Shown in pieces: positions 36,656 to 49,319 of a DNA stretch of 64,000 nt. Origin of the DNA: Hamiltosporidium tvaerminnensis FI-OER-3-3 (taxonomy: Eukaryota > Fungi > Microsporidia); the NCBI GenBank assembly GCA_022605425.2, contig CM061246.1, forward strand, positions 186,001 through 250,000. The letters are read 5' to 3'. The first letter of the stretch is position 1. Every line of letters begins with the position of its first letter. The position numbers and the translations under genes were made by a program. The notes below the pieces were generated by a model. It had not been told where the DNA came from and did no database searches. It was given only the letters and a program-made list of their open reading frames with translations.

Positions 36656-38146
36656 GAATATAAAGAACCGTTAAAAATTACAAAACGTCTAAAAGATAAA
36701 TCAGATAGAGCAACAACAGACAAAGTTTTGGATCCAAAAACATTGGCAATAATAACCAAGTTATTGAGCAGGAATGCGATATCTGATTTACAAGGAAGTA
36801 TTAGTACCGGGAAAGAAGCAAATATTTATGTTGCCCTTGTTTCACCCGGGCTTAAAAGTAAATTTATTAATTCCTCTGATGAAACCAATCATGGTATTAC
36901 TGATGATTCTTCTAAAAATATAAAAAATTTTAAAAAAAATTCCGAGGGTAAACCATTTCACAGGGTCGATCAAAACCATCTAATTTCTTTAAATCAAGAA
37001 AATTTGAATAAATCTGATAAAACTGATGAATTAAGTAAAAATATTAGTTTTACCGAAACCAAGGAAGGGAAGGAATACGTTGAAAATACCAATTCTTCCA
37101 TCAATGAAGCTATTTCTGTTTCAAAACCGACAAAAGAAAAGATATTTGCTGCTATTAAAATATATAAAACATCAATAATGCCGTTTAAAGATCGTGAAAA
37201 ATATATTCAAGGGGAACAACGGTATAAAACATCTACTTCTACAAATCCTCGAAAAATGGTAAAACTTTGGGCAGAAAAAGAAGTGAGAAATTTAAAAAGA
37301 ATTAGAAAAAGTGGTATTTTGTGTCCAAAACCACTTTATTTAAAAAGAAATATACTTATTATGACTTTGATAGGCGAAGGATCTGATGCAGCAAGTAAAC
37401 TAAAAGATATTTCTGTTTCACACGATGAATTTCAATCTATTTATTTACAGTGTTTAGAAATCATAAAAAATCTTTATCGAAAGGCAAAGCTTATACACGC
37501 CGATCTTTCCGAATACAATCTTCTTTATTACCAAAAGAAGGTTTATACAATAGATGTGGGACAAAGTGTAGATATTTATCACGAAAACGGTATTTCATTT
37601 CTTATAATGGATATAAAAAATATTAACGCATTTTTTTCTAAAAAAGGATGCGAGGTAAAAGAAATAAATGATTTTTTTGAAGAAGTAACTGGATTTATTT
37701 TGCCAGAGTGTTTATCTGATATTGAAATAAATCACAAATGTTTTGTACCAACGTGTTTAAATGATGTATTTAATACGGAAGATTGCAAAAATTTTACATC
37801 TCAAAGTTTTGATACAAAAATTGCAAATATAAAGTCACAAGAAAAAAACTTGGAATTTTCTACTGAAAATACACAAGCAGAAAGCATTACAATGGAGAAA
37901 GATAAAATTAATAAAATAAAAACCACATATTTAGATATAAATATTGATTCAGAAAACATTACAATCGAAGAAGAATGTAAAAATGAAACAAAACTTTCGA
38001 GAAAAGAGAAATGGATGTTGATTAAACAAAAAAGAAAACAAGTTAAGGAAGAAAAAAGAATCAGAAGAATTGAAAAAACCAAAAAGACTTCTAAAAAATG
38101 TAAACCGAAACATAAAAATAATAAAATAAAAATTTTAAAAGATTAG
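36653..38146 (+). CDS. RIO1: RIO1 atypical serine/threonine kinase
   Basis: KDKSDRAT.DKVLD, ISTGKEANIY, AIKIYKTSI.PFKDR.KYI.GE.R, WAEKEVRNLKR, LIHADLSEYNLL, IDVGQSV; Lys-rich tail. Confidence 0.96.
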   Translation: MEYKEPLKITKRLKDKSDRATTDKVLDPKTLAIITKLLSRNAISDLQGSISTGKEANIYVALVSPGLKSKFINSSDETNHGITDDSSKNIKNFKKNSEGKPFHRVDQNHLISLNQENLNKSDKTDELSKNISFTETKEGKEYVENTNSSINEAISVSKPTKEKIFAAIKIYKTSIMPFKDREKYIQGEQRYKTSTSTNPRKMVKLWAEKEVRNLKRIRKSGILCPKPLYLKRNILIMTLIGEGSDAASKLKDISVSHDEFQSIYLQCLEIIKNLYRKAKLIHADLSEYNLLYYQKKVYTIDVGQSVDIYHENGISFLIMDIKNINAFFSKKGCEVKEINDFFEEVTGFILPECLSDIEINHKCFVPTCLNDVFNTEDCKNFTSQSFDTKIANIKSQEKNLEFSTENTQAESITMEKDKINKIKTTYLDINIDSENITIEEECKNETKLSRKEKWMLIKQKRKQVKEEKRIRRIEKTKKTSKKCKPKHKNNKIKILKD

Positions 38147-38439
38147 ACAATTCGGATTAAATTTAGAAATTATGTTTATATTTGTAAGTAAATATTTCTA
38201 TTTTTTATATTTTTAAATAATATTTTTAATTTAAAAACCGTGTTCTTATAAGTTTTGTATCATATTATGCTTTGTTAATTTAAATCTTCATTATTTAAAA
38301 GTTAAATTGTATTAAACACAATGATAAAGAATAAATCTCCAATTATTTTGATATTAAAAAGAAATCTAGTCTTGAATGTGGAATGAATAAAATTTAAATT
38401 TTTATTAAACCCATCTTTTTTTTAAGAAAGCTTTGAAAA

Positions 38440-38690
38440 AAGTTACAAAAGGCTTGAAAATACTAACTTATTCCCATCTTTTTTTACCTCACGGTGTTGA
38501 GGATAAACAATTATAAGTTTTCCAATTACTTCTTTTAATCCGTTACAACTCGGGATTATAGGGAATTGGTCTATAGATACAATTGGTTTATCTCCCACTA
38601 AAATGTCAACAATGATTTTCACAACAATTTCACACACTCATTCCCAAACAGATAGTTTTTAATGTGATTATCCCTTTTCCACTTAGGTTT
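38440..38690 (-). repeat. Leader-only relative of the dispersed structured element
   Basis: Minus-strand aaaaactatctgtttgggaatgagtgtgtgaa..aaaatcattgtt matches 50225-50280 and the C3 leader. Confidence 0.75.
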
Positions 38691-38727
38691 GAAAATGCGA
38701 ACACTATTTATTAAATAAAGCACCAAA

Positions 38728-39250
38728 AACGAAAACTACATTCAAAGTTATATAATGTAAGAAAATTAGTTCTATGTTTCTTCGAAAGACATAAAAAAGG
38801 AAGTTAAAGCTATAAAAAGAGGCTTTATTCTGGAACATTTAAAACATATATGTGTTTATAGCGTGGATATGGCAATTCTACATATCTAAAATATCCTAAA
38901 AATATTATTTAGTGAATCAATCTATAAATATATTTCGAGATAGGGCTGGTATGTTTGTTAATAAAAAACACATCTTTTTTACATTATTTACTCAAATAAG
39001 TATAAATTTAGATCTTCAAAACGAATTAGGAGTCATTTCATTCAAAAAATTATCGAAAATACCTCTGCGAACGAAGAGTTTATAAATAAATGAATAAAAT
39101 TTACGTCAAACTCAAAAATTAAAGGCTGAGAGTTTTATAATTGGTTGATAAATCAACCAATATGTATACTTGATGAGATATAATTTAGCATCCATACACC
39201 AAATCTTAAATATTGTTGTAATTTAAAAACTTAAAAAGTACGGCGTGTTT
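38728..39250 (+). mobile_element. Decayed RLE retrotransposon fragment
   Basis: acgaaaactacattcaaagttatataatg and tcttcaaaacgaattaggagtca match the copy at 28181-29504. Confidence 0.7.
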
Positions 39251-39680
39251 ACCGATCATAAAATTAGTATTAAATTAATTCGCAGTGTAAAATTATGAAA
39301 AGCAGTATAAATTGCAATAAATAAATCTTATATTTTGCCACATATTTGCTAATCGAAAAAAAGCAAATGCGATTTCTAAGTATTTAAATATATTTGAAAT
39401 TATTTATTCGATAAAAAAAGAAGATTACCTTTTGATTTGACTTAAATTAAAATAGAGTAGGAATATATGTCATTACCCGCAACTTAATTTTGGAAGTATT
39501 CATCCTTATACTTCTGACAAAGACTATTACATTTCTAATCATAGACTAAAGATTTATAACTCTTTGTTTTATTTGTCATAACTAATTTCAACTTTTCAAC
39601 AAATCTGTAATTTTTATAATAGAAACTTCAGAGAAGTTAAAACTTTAAAAAGGGAAACAAAAGAATTAAATAAAACCAAT

Positions 39681-39816
39681 AAAATTCTGGGTTAAAATAT
39701 TTTTACCATTTTTATATGTTTTCTTCTACCTCCTTAACCACTTCTGTCTCTTCTTCCAAATCCGACTCTTCATTTATGTTATTGGTCGGTTTCTCTAACG
39801 TGGTTCCTCCTTGTGA
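39681..39816 (-). mobile_element. ~135-bp extreme 3' fragment of the RLE retrotransposon, 13-bp TSD
   Basis: Matches 18165-18297; aaataaaaccaat at 39668-39680 and 39817-39829. Confidence 0.9.
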
Positions 39817-40072
39817 AAATAAAACCAATCATTGATTAAAATTTTTTAATTATTACTAAAAGAAGCAAATTTAGATTAAAAAATTCAAAATTTGTAAACA
39901 TAAAGAAAACTTTCTTTGGCAAATTTCTTCAAACTAAAATATGTCTTACAAAAAATTATTTAATACATCTTATAAATACCAGAATTTACAATATTTTTCT
40001 TATTATTTTGTTTATAGACACTTCTTAATAAATAACACCCCTTTAAATAAATAACACGTTTTATTTGCACCC

Positions 40073-41071
40073 ATGTTGGTATTTGTTTCTACGACTTTGT
40101 TGTCGTATTATACCGCTTCGTTTCTAATTTCATATTTATCTAAAAGATTGAAAATAACGGGAATTGACTGTCACAAGAAAGATAAACCAGTAATTACAGA
40201 AGGACTTGGAGTTGGAAGTGGATTGTCATTTTGTGTATCACTTCTTCTTTTAATGATAATATATAAGAATACTGGAAAGGAATACATGAATTATTATGGT
40301 ATTTGCTCTACACTGTTATTTACACTGATATTAGGATTTATGGATGATTTGATTGATTTGGAATGGCGATATAAATTAGTTGTGCCTGCTGTAATGATGA
40401 TACCAACACTTTTACTTTATAACGATTCTACGTATGTAATTTTGCCTTTATTTGGTTTGATTGATCTTGGTTCGTTGTATTATATTTATATGATTTTGGT
40501 AGGTATTTTTAGTACGAATTGTATTAACATTTTGAGTGGAATTAATGGATTAGAGGTTGTGCAGGTAATGATTTTATCTATATTTTTATTTTTTGATGGT
40601 GTTTTAAGCCACGATATTTTTATGGTTCGATGTGCTTCATGTCTGTTTTTTAGTTCTTTGCCTTTGTATTTCAAGAATAAATATCCTGCAAAGGTGTTCG
40701 TTGGCGACAGTTTCTGTTATTTCGGTGGAATGGCTATAAGTTGTGTTTGTATACTTGGACATTCGACCAGGACACTATTTTTCTTGCTGGGGATACAAAT
40801 TTGCAATTTTGTAATTAGTTTGCCACAGCTTCTTAAAATAATACCGTGTCCACGGCACAGAATGCCAGATTTTGATGGTGAAAAATTGATTGCAAGTAAA
40901 TGGAACAAAAAAAATATTAATTTAACGCTTTTAAATGTTATTTTGTGTTTAGTTGGATCTATGGAGGAGGATAAGTTGTGTAATCTTATTGGAGGCCTTC
41001 AATTCTTATGGTGTGTTTTTGTTATTTTTGTTAAATATTCGTTTTTCGTAAAAGTTGTTCCGTTGATTTAA
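40073..41071 (+). CDS. ALG7: UDP-GlcNAc:dolichyl-phosphate GlcNAc-1-phosphate transferase (Alg7/DPAGT1)
   Basis: GIDCHK, LGFMDDLIDLEWRYK, YYIYM..FSTNCINILSGINGLEV.Q, NKYPAKVFVGDSFCYFGGM, PCPRHRMP, NLTLLN. Confidence 0.95.
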   Translation: MLVFVSTTLLSYYTASFLISYLSKRLKITGIDCHKKDKPVITEGLGVGSGLSFCVSLLLLMIIYKNTGKEYMNYYGICSTLLFTLILGFMDDLIDLEWRYKLVVPAVMMIPTLLLYNDSTYVILPLFGLIDLGSLYYIYMILVGIFSTNCINILSGINGLEVVQVMILSIFLFFDGVLSHDIFMVRCASCLFFSSLPLYFKNKYPAKVFVGDSFCYFGGMAISCVCILGHSTRTLFFLLGIQICNFVISLPQLLKIIPCPRHRMPDFDGEKLIASKWNKKNINLTLLNVILCLVGSMEEDKLCNLIGGLQFLWCVFVIFVKYSFFVKVVPLI

Positions 41072-42399
41072 AATAAAAATTATTTTTAAATATTTTTCTA
41101 TTTAGTTTTATATTTTTATAAGTCGGAATTAAAGTTGGTGTTTATATATTTTAATTGGAGTGAAATAATTCCAACTTTTTTTTCTTAATTTCCTGAAGAA
41201 GTTACTTAAAATTAAATAAATATGGTGTTAATATATATTAAGATCGATTGTGAATAAAACACCAAGAATTCGTTATATATTAGCTATTACTTATATTCGT
41301 GTTTCTAAAAATCGAATAATAAAGTTATTTACTTTTTTTAGTTTATTTTTTAATTTTATAGCTTATTTAAACCTACTAGTTCTTGATTTTGTTCGGTTTT
41401 TTTATTATACATAAGTTAACTAAGTTTTTGAGTTTAAAGATAAGGTTTTTTAACTTTAAGATAAGAAATAATTTTATTTTTTGTTATAATTAATAAAAAA
41501 ATTTTAACTTTAAAAAAAAAATAATTTCATTTACTTGTTCATTGGTTACTAATTAATGTAAAAAAATTTTAACTTTAAAATACAAAAATAATTTCATTTA
41601 CTTGTTTATTGTTAACCAGCAAATTACTATTCGAAATAGTTTGCAGTAGCAGCAAAATTCTTTCTATTTCGTACTATTGATATCAAATAAAACATTATTT
41701 TAAAATTTAATATTCTTTATAATTCAATTTTAAAATTTACAATCTTATTAAAAAGAAAAAAATATTATTTTTTAAATAATTTTCATAATTGATTAAACTT
41801 AAAGATAAAAATTCTTTAATCCAAAGTAATTTTACCCAATACTTACCCAATTAATCAAGTAAGTATTTTTATAATTTAAATTGCTAAACTAAGAATAGTT
41901 TATGTATTATTGAGATGTAGATTCACTATTATATTTTATAAATACAAAGTAAATGAAATTTTTTTGAGGATTTCATATATATCTTATTTGATTTAAACCT
42001 TGAATTCAATATTACAAAATGTATTTTAATTTAGATAAATATATGAATCAAATAATTGAACAAGAATACGTTCGTGACCGAAAAAAACACGAATTTTTAA
42101 TTATTTTTTAATATTTATAATAAATATAACTTGAAAATAATTTTCTTCAACTGTAAAGTTTACAATTATATAAAAGTTATATAAATACAATTTAATTTAA
42201 ATAGAGGATTATTTTAGACTTATAAATTAATTTAAGAAAAATATAGTCAGAAAATTCTTTATTTAAGTCTAATATTTTGGAGCAATTTTTTATATTTTTT
42301 TTAACATGAAGAATTGCCATGTTTTTTGCAATTACAGATATTGAGAAACCTATAATGAAGTTACCACCTTAACGACTTAAATTTCGGTTAAAAAAAATA

Positions 42400-43045
42400 T
42401 TATAAACTTTAATTTATCAATACATAGATTTTATGGAAACATACGATATATTACTAGTCGAAGGGAATTCCCTCAATAATCTACAAAGAATTATTTTAAA
42501 AGAATATGAGCATTATTTAAAAATATTTGTGATAAAATACAAGAAACTAGAAATTTAGATGTATCGAAGCAAAAAAATATATACTTTAATTTAAGAAGAA
42601 TGCATTTTCTTTCTGAAGACTGGCTTTTAAGTTATTGCTTACATTCAGACACAAAATTTAAGCCATTTGGCTTAAAACATAAATTACAGCTATAAAATTT
42701 GCGATGTGTGTCGCATTTGAAATAAATTTAAGTATGAATCTAAATAATTATTAGAATCTTCGAAAACGAGATATAATCGTACAAAAAGAATATAAGAGAT
42801 GGTATTATGGTATGAAATTGCATATCATACGAAGCATTTGAAAAACTTGTTAATCTTTGAGATCAATAGTTTAAGATATAACTGTTGGATTTAAAAAATA
42901 GTTTAAAATCTCTTAAAATTTTTAAAAGAATCAAAATATTCTACTTTGCCATGGAAAATGCAAAAGATATTTTTAGAAGAATTATCTATAAGTACTCAAA
43001 TGACCTATCAACCACCAAATGTTTGATTATAAATATATGGTAAAT
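42400..43045 (+). mobile_element. Possible decayed Tc1/mariner transposase
   Basis: Remnants in the expected order: ICDKIQETRNLDVSKQ (HTH), DGIMV*.IAY (GxMVWG-like), FAMENA (FQQDNA-like), LK*P (WP.SPDLNPIE-like). Confidence 0.4.
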
Positions 43046-43414
43046 AACAAAAAAAAATAAAATATTATGAAAAAAACGATTTATATATTAGAAAAACTCT
43101 AGTTTATTAATAAGATGCATCTTTTATACATTCAGACTCCAAATAAAATTATTTTTTAATTTGCAAAGTAATATTGAAATCTAAAGAAAGAAATAGACAT
43201 TATTAAATAGAAGCGTAATTAATAGTAAAAATAAAAATTTAATTTGTATATTAATATAGAATACAAATAGCTATTTATAAGAATTTAAATAGCTTTTTAA
43301 CTAAAATTATAAATACGAAAACAAATTAAAATTTTGTTTACTTTTTTTTGGAAATTAGTATTTTAGTCGTTTGTTTGAAAATAATTAAATTTTTTTAAAA
43401 AAGTATTTATAATC

Positions 43415-43740
43415 TTATTCCTTACGTTTTTTAATTCTATTTCTTTACTTTTTTAATTCTTATCTTATACTTATAATTCTATTCCTTATACTAATATCTT
43501 ATTTCTTTACCTTTTTTAATTCTTATACTTATACTTATAATTCTATTTCTTTATACTTATACTTATAATTCTTTACCTTTTTTTAATTCATTTCCTTACA
43601 TTCTTAATTCTACTTCATTAATTTTTTTAAATCTACTTCTTATATTCTATTCCTTAACCTTTTTAATCAATTCCTTACATTTTTAATTCATTTCCTTACA
43701 TTTTAAATTTACTTCTTATATTCTATTATATTCCTAGATA
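43415..43740. repeat. Pyrimidine-rich degenerate minisatellite upstream of the peroxiredoxin gene
   Basis: Recurring ttcttatacttataattcta / ttccttac / ttttaattc units. Confidence 0.7.
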
Positions 43741-43783
43741 TTTTTTCAATATTCTTTATATTTTTTTCTAGAAGATTACCCTC

Positions 43784-44311
43784 ATGTTTGATACAAGAGA
43801 ATTTAGAAAATTCAAGGTAAATGCTTATGATAAAGGAAAAATTGTGGAATTTACATTGGAAAAATTTGATAATGACTTATTTGTTTTTGTATTTTATCCA
43901 TACGATTTTACATTTGTGTGTCCAACAGAAATAAATGAAATAAGTGATCATTACGAAGAATTTTTAAAGAGAAAATGTGGTGTCTTTTTTGTTTCGTGTG
44001 ACTCAGTATATTCACACAAAAAATGGGCAGAAACGCCCAGAGAAGAGAAAGGAATACAAGGGGTTAAATTTCCAATGGTGTCTGATTATAATAAGAAAAT
44101 AACGACTTTCTTCCATTTACACAGAGAACCAGATGGTCATTGTGCCCGAGCAACTGTTATTCTTGATAAAAATGGTAAAGTCAGATATTATGCAGTTAAT
44201 GATGATAAAGTAGGCAGATCTGTTCCTGAAATTTTAAGAATTATCGATGCAATTCAATTTGTTGATGAAAATGGCGAAGTCTGTAAAGTTAATTGGAAAA
44301 AATCAGAATGA
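43784..44311 (+). CDS. TSA1: Typical 2-Cys peroxiredoxin (Tsa1/AhpC family)
   Basis: FYPYDFTFVCPTE, SCDSVYSH..W, VGRSV.EILRIIDAIQF..GEVC. Confidence 0.93.
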   Translation: MFDTREFRKFKVNAYDKGKIVEFTLEKFDNDLFVFVFYPYDFTFVCPTEINEISDHYEEFLKRKCGVFFVSCDSVYSHKKWAETPREEKGIQGVKFPMVSDYNKKITTFFHLHREPDGHCARATVILDKNGKVRYYAVNDDKVGRSVPEILRIIDAIQFVDENGEVCKVNWKKSE

Positions 44312-45699
44312 ATTATTAAACTGGTTAATAATTTATTTTATATTATTCTATTCTATTGCTTTTCATTTTTTGTATTCCTGTCTATTTTTTTTTTTTTTTT
44401 ATTCTTTTATTTCTCATTTTTTTTGTATTCCTGCTCTATTCTTTTCAATCCTCCTTTTTCATTCTCTTTCAATCGTTTTTTTTAATTATGGTTCGTATAT
44501 TTCTGTATTTTTTTTTATTTCTATATTTCATATTTTTTTAGATTATTCTTCAATATTAAAGAAAAAATATTTAAATGAAATCTAAAAACTTCTCAATATT
44601 ATTTATTTTTATATTTTATACGTTTTTCTGACAATATATATTTATCTTAAATATTTTAATATTCAATGGAAGAAGAAATATTTTTATACAAATTTTTCTT
44701 AAATTTTACTAATTTTGAATTTCGTTTACTTTTGACTCTAAATTTTTCTTAATGTAAGAATAATCAGTTTAACTGTATATTTATATCTTATACATTGTAT
44801 TTATTTTAATACTTTGATTCGATTATACTTTTTTACATATTGTATATACTTGAAAATAAAAAAAGTATTCTTGGTGAATAAATAGGAAATAATTAAACTG
44901 AGTAACTATAAACAAATTTATTGGAAGAAATTCATATTTTTTTAGCATAAAAATTCATGTAATATCTTAAAAATATTTAAAATATAAATTCTAATTTATT
45001 TAATAAATTTCTTGGATAAAAAACATTTTTATACTTTTATGTATTTTCTTCTACCTAAATACAAATTTTATAAAATTTATTTTTTTTACAGGTTTTTTTG
45101 GATCCATCCTTTACATTTGACTCTTTTTTTTTAAAGTCCCTAGTCATTGCTTTGATTTCACTCATAGATTCGAAATTTAAACTTAAATATTTGTTTTGTT
45201 GGTTTAAAGATTTTCTATTGGTGTGTACATATCATGTAAATATAATTTTTTCTTGTATTACCTATATTATATTACAACTCCTTATCTTATTTTAAAATTA
45301 GTTTTCTAAATTAAAAATATTCGTTTTTATATTCAAAATTCAGACAAAATTTTTTGTTCTAATGTCTCTCTCACTTTCATATTTTCAAGAATTCATTGAA
45401 TATAAATAAAAAATTTGTTTATAAAAAACTTAAATTTTTATTCGTCAAGAATTTTCAAGTTTAAAAATAAATTTTTATTCGTCAAGAATTTTAATGTTTA
45501 AAACCTAAATTTTAAGTCTTACTTACTTTTTTTTAATATACACCATATTTTATTATTCTAATGTTTTTAAAATCTGAACATATGACTTATATTCTGTATA
45601 AATATTTCTCGTTTTAAATAAAATAGCCCATTCCTTAAAATTTTTATATCTTAATTTATTTTCAATTTTACTAATTTTATTTTAATTTTAAATTTTTAA

Positions 45700-48680
45700 T
45701 TTATTTAATAAAATTATGAGTTAAAATATTTTTACCATTTTTCTATATTTTCTTCTACCTCTTTAACCACTATTGTCTCTTCTTCCAAATCCGACTCTTC
45801 ATTTATGTTGTTGGTCGGTTCCTCTAAAGTGGTTCCTCCTTGTGAAATAAAGGGTGCTTTATTTTTTGGTTTAAAATTTTTTGCACCATCTTCCTCTCTC
45901 TTCCCTTCTTTTAAAGGGGGTGTTGGTTCCTCGTGCATCTCTGCTCTCATAATAACACTCATTGACGCACCCTCCCAGCTCTCTTCGGCATTTAGTCCTG
46001 ACACAAGTCCTCTTCGTCGATCAAAGGAAATGGTTTCGACTGTTTTCTTAAGTACTATAGACTGAATGTATGCCTCTACATTCATGGGTATTTCTAGTCT
46101 TTTAAGATGAGATTTATGGTATTTTGTCACAATACCGTCCCAGGTCATCACATAAGGGATTATCTCAACACTACACCTATAAATAAAATCCAACTCATTG
46201 GCTAGCAGGTCATACTTCCTAAGTTTTTCAGTTTCAACTATTTGAAGTGAATCTTGGGAAGTGATTCCTACTTCAATGAGTGTTATCTTATTCTTCTTCT
46301 TATCTAAAATAAATATGTCCGGTCTGTTATTCCGAATTTTAACATCAGTTTTAATTCTGGTGTCCACTCTTATCTCTGCATACTCATTATCAAGAATTTC
46401 TTGAACTGAGTGACTTCTAATTCGTTTTGAAGACTTAAACTTATATCTATTTAAGAGAAGTAAGTGTAGGCATCTAACCACTTCATTATGCCGTCTGGTG
46501 TAGTCATGGCCTAGCATTTTTTCACATCGAGTTGCTAGATGATCTACAGTCTTACCAGACTTCCCGCAATGTTGATACACACCATCTGCTCCCCAGAATA
46601 CATTTCTATCCTGGATATAGCAGAACACAGCTTCATTTCGTGGCCTAATATTCCCTCTCTTTAGCCATCTTGAAGAGTCACTAACACTCACAAGCTCATT
46701 TTTTTGCATTATATAACTTTAAATGAAGTTTTCGTTTTTCTATTTCGTTATATAGTTTTGCAAGTTGAGCTTCTTCTAAACTTTTCTTAGTGACTTCTTC
46801 TACCAACCTGTACTTTACTTTTAAGAAGCCTTTTATTAGTGCAAGATGGGTTTTATTATTATTCTCCACATTGAGGATTTCTGCTCGTCTAGTTGATATT
46901 TCTTTGCTTACTTTCAAACAATCCAAGAGTTGCAGAAGCATATGTTCGCTTTGCAACTACACACTATGTAGGCCTCTTCCAAGTTCTGTTCTAGGAAGAT
47001 ACAAACGCTCTTTACATCTTCGCTAAAGATGTATCTTATTCTTCACCAACACCGCACGCACTGCATCATCTAACTTAGAGAAGTCAGCCAGTTCAAGTCG
47101 AAGCACTCCTATGTGATGGTTGATTAAGGATATCGCAGTTTGATTGATTGCAGAAAATAAATTTTTTGCATTTAATCTAGTGTGAAAAAGTCTTTCAACA
47201 CCTGATAAAAGTTTGCTCTGTACTTCTTCAAAGAAGTTACGTGTTTGGATTCCTCTGCTATCTTCTATTATTCCTAAATATTTGTAAACACTAACACCTT
47301 CTAGAAGAGTAGCAGTATCTTCACAACACGTATCATTTGTGGCTGACTTCTCTTTGTTAATCTCTAAGCCAATCACCTCTAAAAATTCCTTTGACTCGCC
47401 TGTCATAGCACTCAATGTGGAGCTGTCTTTAGCAAGGAGCTCTAGATCATCAATAAACAAGAGATGATTAGTAGAATGGGATTCTGCATCTGTTTGTACT
47501 GTCACTTTTGTGTATTTTTCATTGAGCTTTCGACTTAATGGATCCATACACAACACAAACAACAATGGTGACAAACTATCTCCTTGTAGAATCCCTCTAT
47601 CAATCTTCTTGCTCATGATTTTTCAGGCCCTACTGATATATCAATTTTCCATTTTGATATAATTACCTTAATAAATTTCAGGATCCAATCAGGTAAATTA
47701 AGGTTTTCAATGCATTGAGTTAAATAAGCATGATCTATTGGATCATAAGCTTTTTTTACATCAATCCATGTTGCCTTAAGATTATTTCCGTACTCTTTAT
47801 TTAAGGCAATATTCAGTTGAGCCTGCTCTTTCGCTCCCTGCACACCTCTAACTGCTCCCAACTGTTCTCCGCAAGCAACCCTCGCCTTTCCACTTCAAGT
47901 TGAACGACTTTCGTTACACACTTAGTCGTTAACTTATAGAGGTTTGACATACAAGTGATTAGCCTGTAGTCAGAGCCTCTTTGTAGATTTCCTTTCGGTA
48001 TAGAATAGGTAACCCCGCAGTAAAACCAATCAGCTTGAGGTGTTCCTTCTAAACATATAACTTTCACAATATCATAAATATATTTGTGAAGAGTTGTAAG
48101 TTTCTTAATGAAAAAATTGTAAATACCATCAATTCCTGCAGCTTTCCAATTGGGAAGCCAATTAATGATATTTACAAATTCATCAAGTGAAGGAAACGTA
48201 GTCGGATGATTATCTGATACAAATGGAATCAAATAATCATCATACGTGACTGTGTCATCATTTTTGTTCCACATTGCAGACCAAAAACTCACAATTTCAT
48301 CACGACTAACCACATGCTCGGATTCCACACGCTCAGATAACCCACGATAAAATCGACCTCAAAAGCTCAAACATACGATTCTCTTTTCGGAATTGCTTCG
48401 TACTTTCTTGCATCGTAATTTTTTTCTTGTAAACATTCAAAGACTCATTCTTCTTAACTAAAGCCTCAGAAAGATCAGTTACGCTGCTCAAGTTTAAATT
48501 AAACTCTCGCATGATTTTATTAAGGCTCTTCGTTTCCGAAGTGGAGAGCTTTTCCTGCTTACGAGCCTTCTCGAGAAGATCTTTGGAAAGTACTAACTTA
48601 GAGATTTTACTTTCTATGTTTTCCTTCCAAGCGGATCTAGGCTTTTCTTTGCGTGTTGCCTCGTCATAGCATACCTGGAC
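45700..48680 (-). mobile_element. Longest RLE non-LTR retrotransposon copy (~3 kb, 5'-truncated, frameshifted): RT + CCHC region + restriction-like endonuclease
   Basis: WKAAGIDGI, DYRLITCMSNLYK, WIDVKKAYD, RGILQGDSLSPLLF, LLFIDD, YKYLG, GRGL, then RPD..IEV; split into several ORFs. Confidence 0.95.
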
Positions 48681-49319
48681 TTTAATATTCTTTAAAATAA
48701 ATATGCTTTTTTTCTTTCAAAATTTCATATCCAATATTTCTAATCCTTACTAATGGTTTACAATATTTTTACACTATGAATCAATCGTTAAAATTTTAAT
48801 TTGTAATCTTTAAATAAATGATGCTATGGCTCTTAATGGGTTGTGATGTCAGTAGTAAGATAACTCACTTTAAAATATTTTTTTTTTAAATTTGAAAGAG
48901 TAAAATAAACAATGAAAATATAGTCAATTAAATCCATAAAATATATTAAGATTCTTGTATTTTTGAATTAATTTTAATATTTCGAAATAAAATTTTATAT
49001 TTTTATTTGCAAAATATTACTTATAAAAATCCAAATTACAGTTCTATAATTTTTTTATTTCTTAAAAAATTTATATTCTGATTAGAGAAAAGAAATAGAA
49101 AATTTATTATTTTCTCTGCATAAATTTTAAAAAGAAAATTTTATATTCTGATTAGATAAAATAAATATTTAAATAAAGAAAAAGAAAATTTATATTCTGA
49201 TTAGAAAAAAGAAGTAGAAAATTTATTATTTTCTTTCCAAAAATCTAAAAGAGAGAAAATCCATATTTCTCATGAATAGAAGAAATATAAAATAAAGAAA
49301 AGAATAAAAAGATTTACTT

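Noticed and set aside
44247-44585. Phe/Ile/Leu-rich short ORFs in T-rich intergenic DNA (also 2626-2898, 5086-5292, 7417-7755, 44356-44541, 45098-45295)
   Set aside because: Compositional artefacts of AT-rich sequence with no domain signal or CCC-ATG context.
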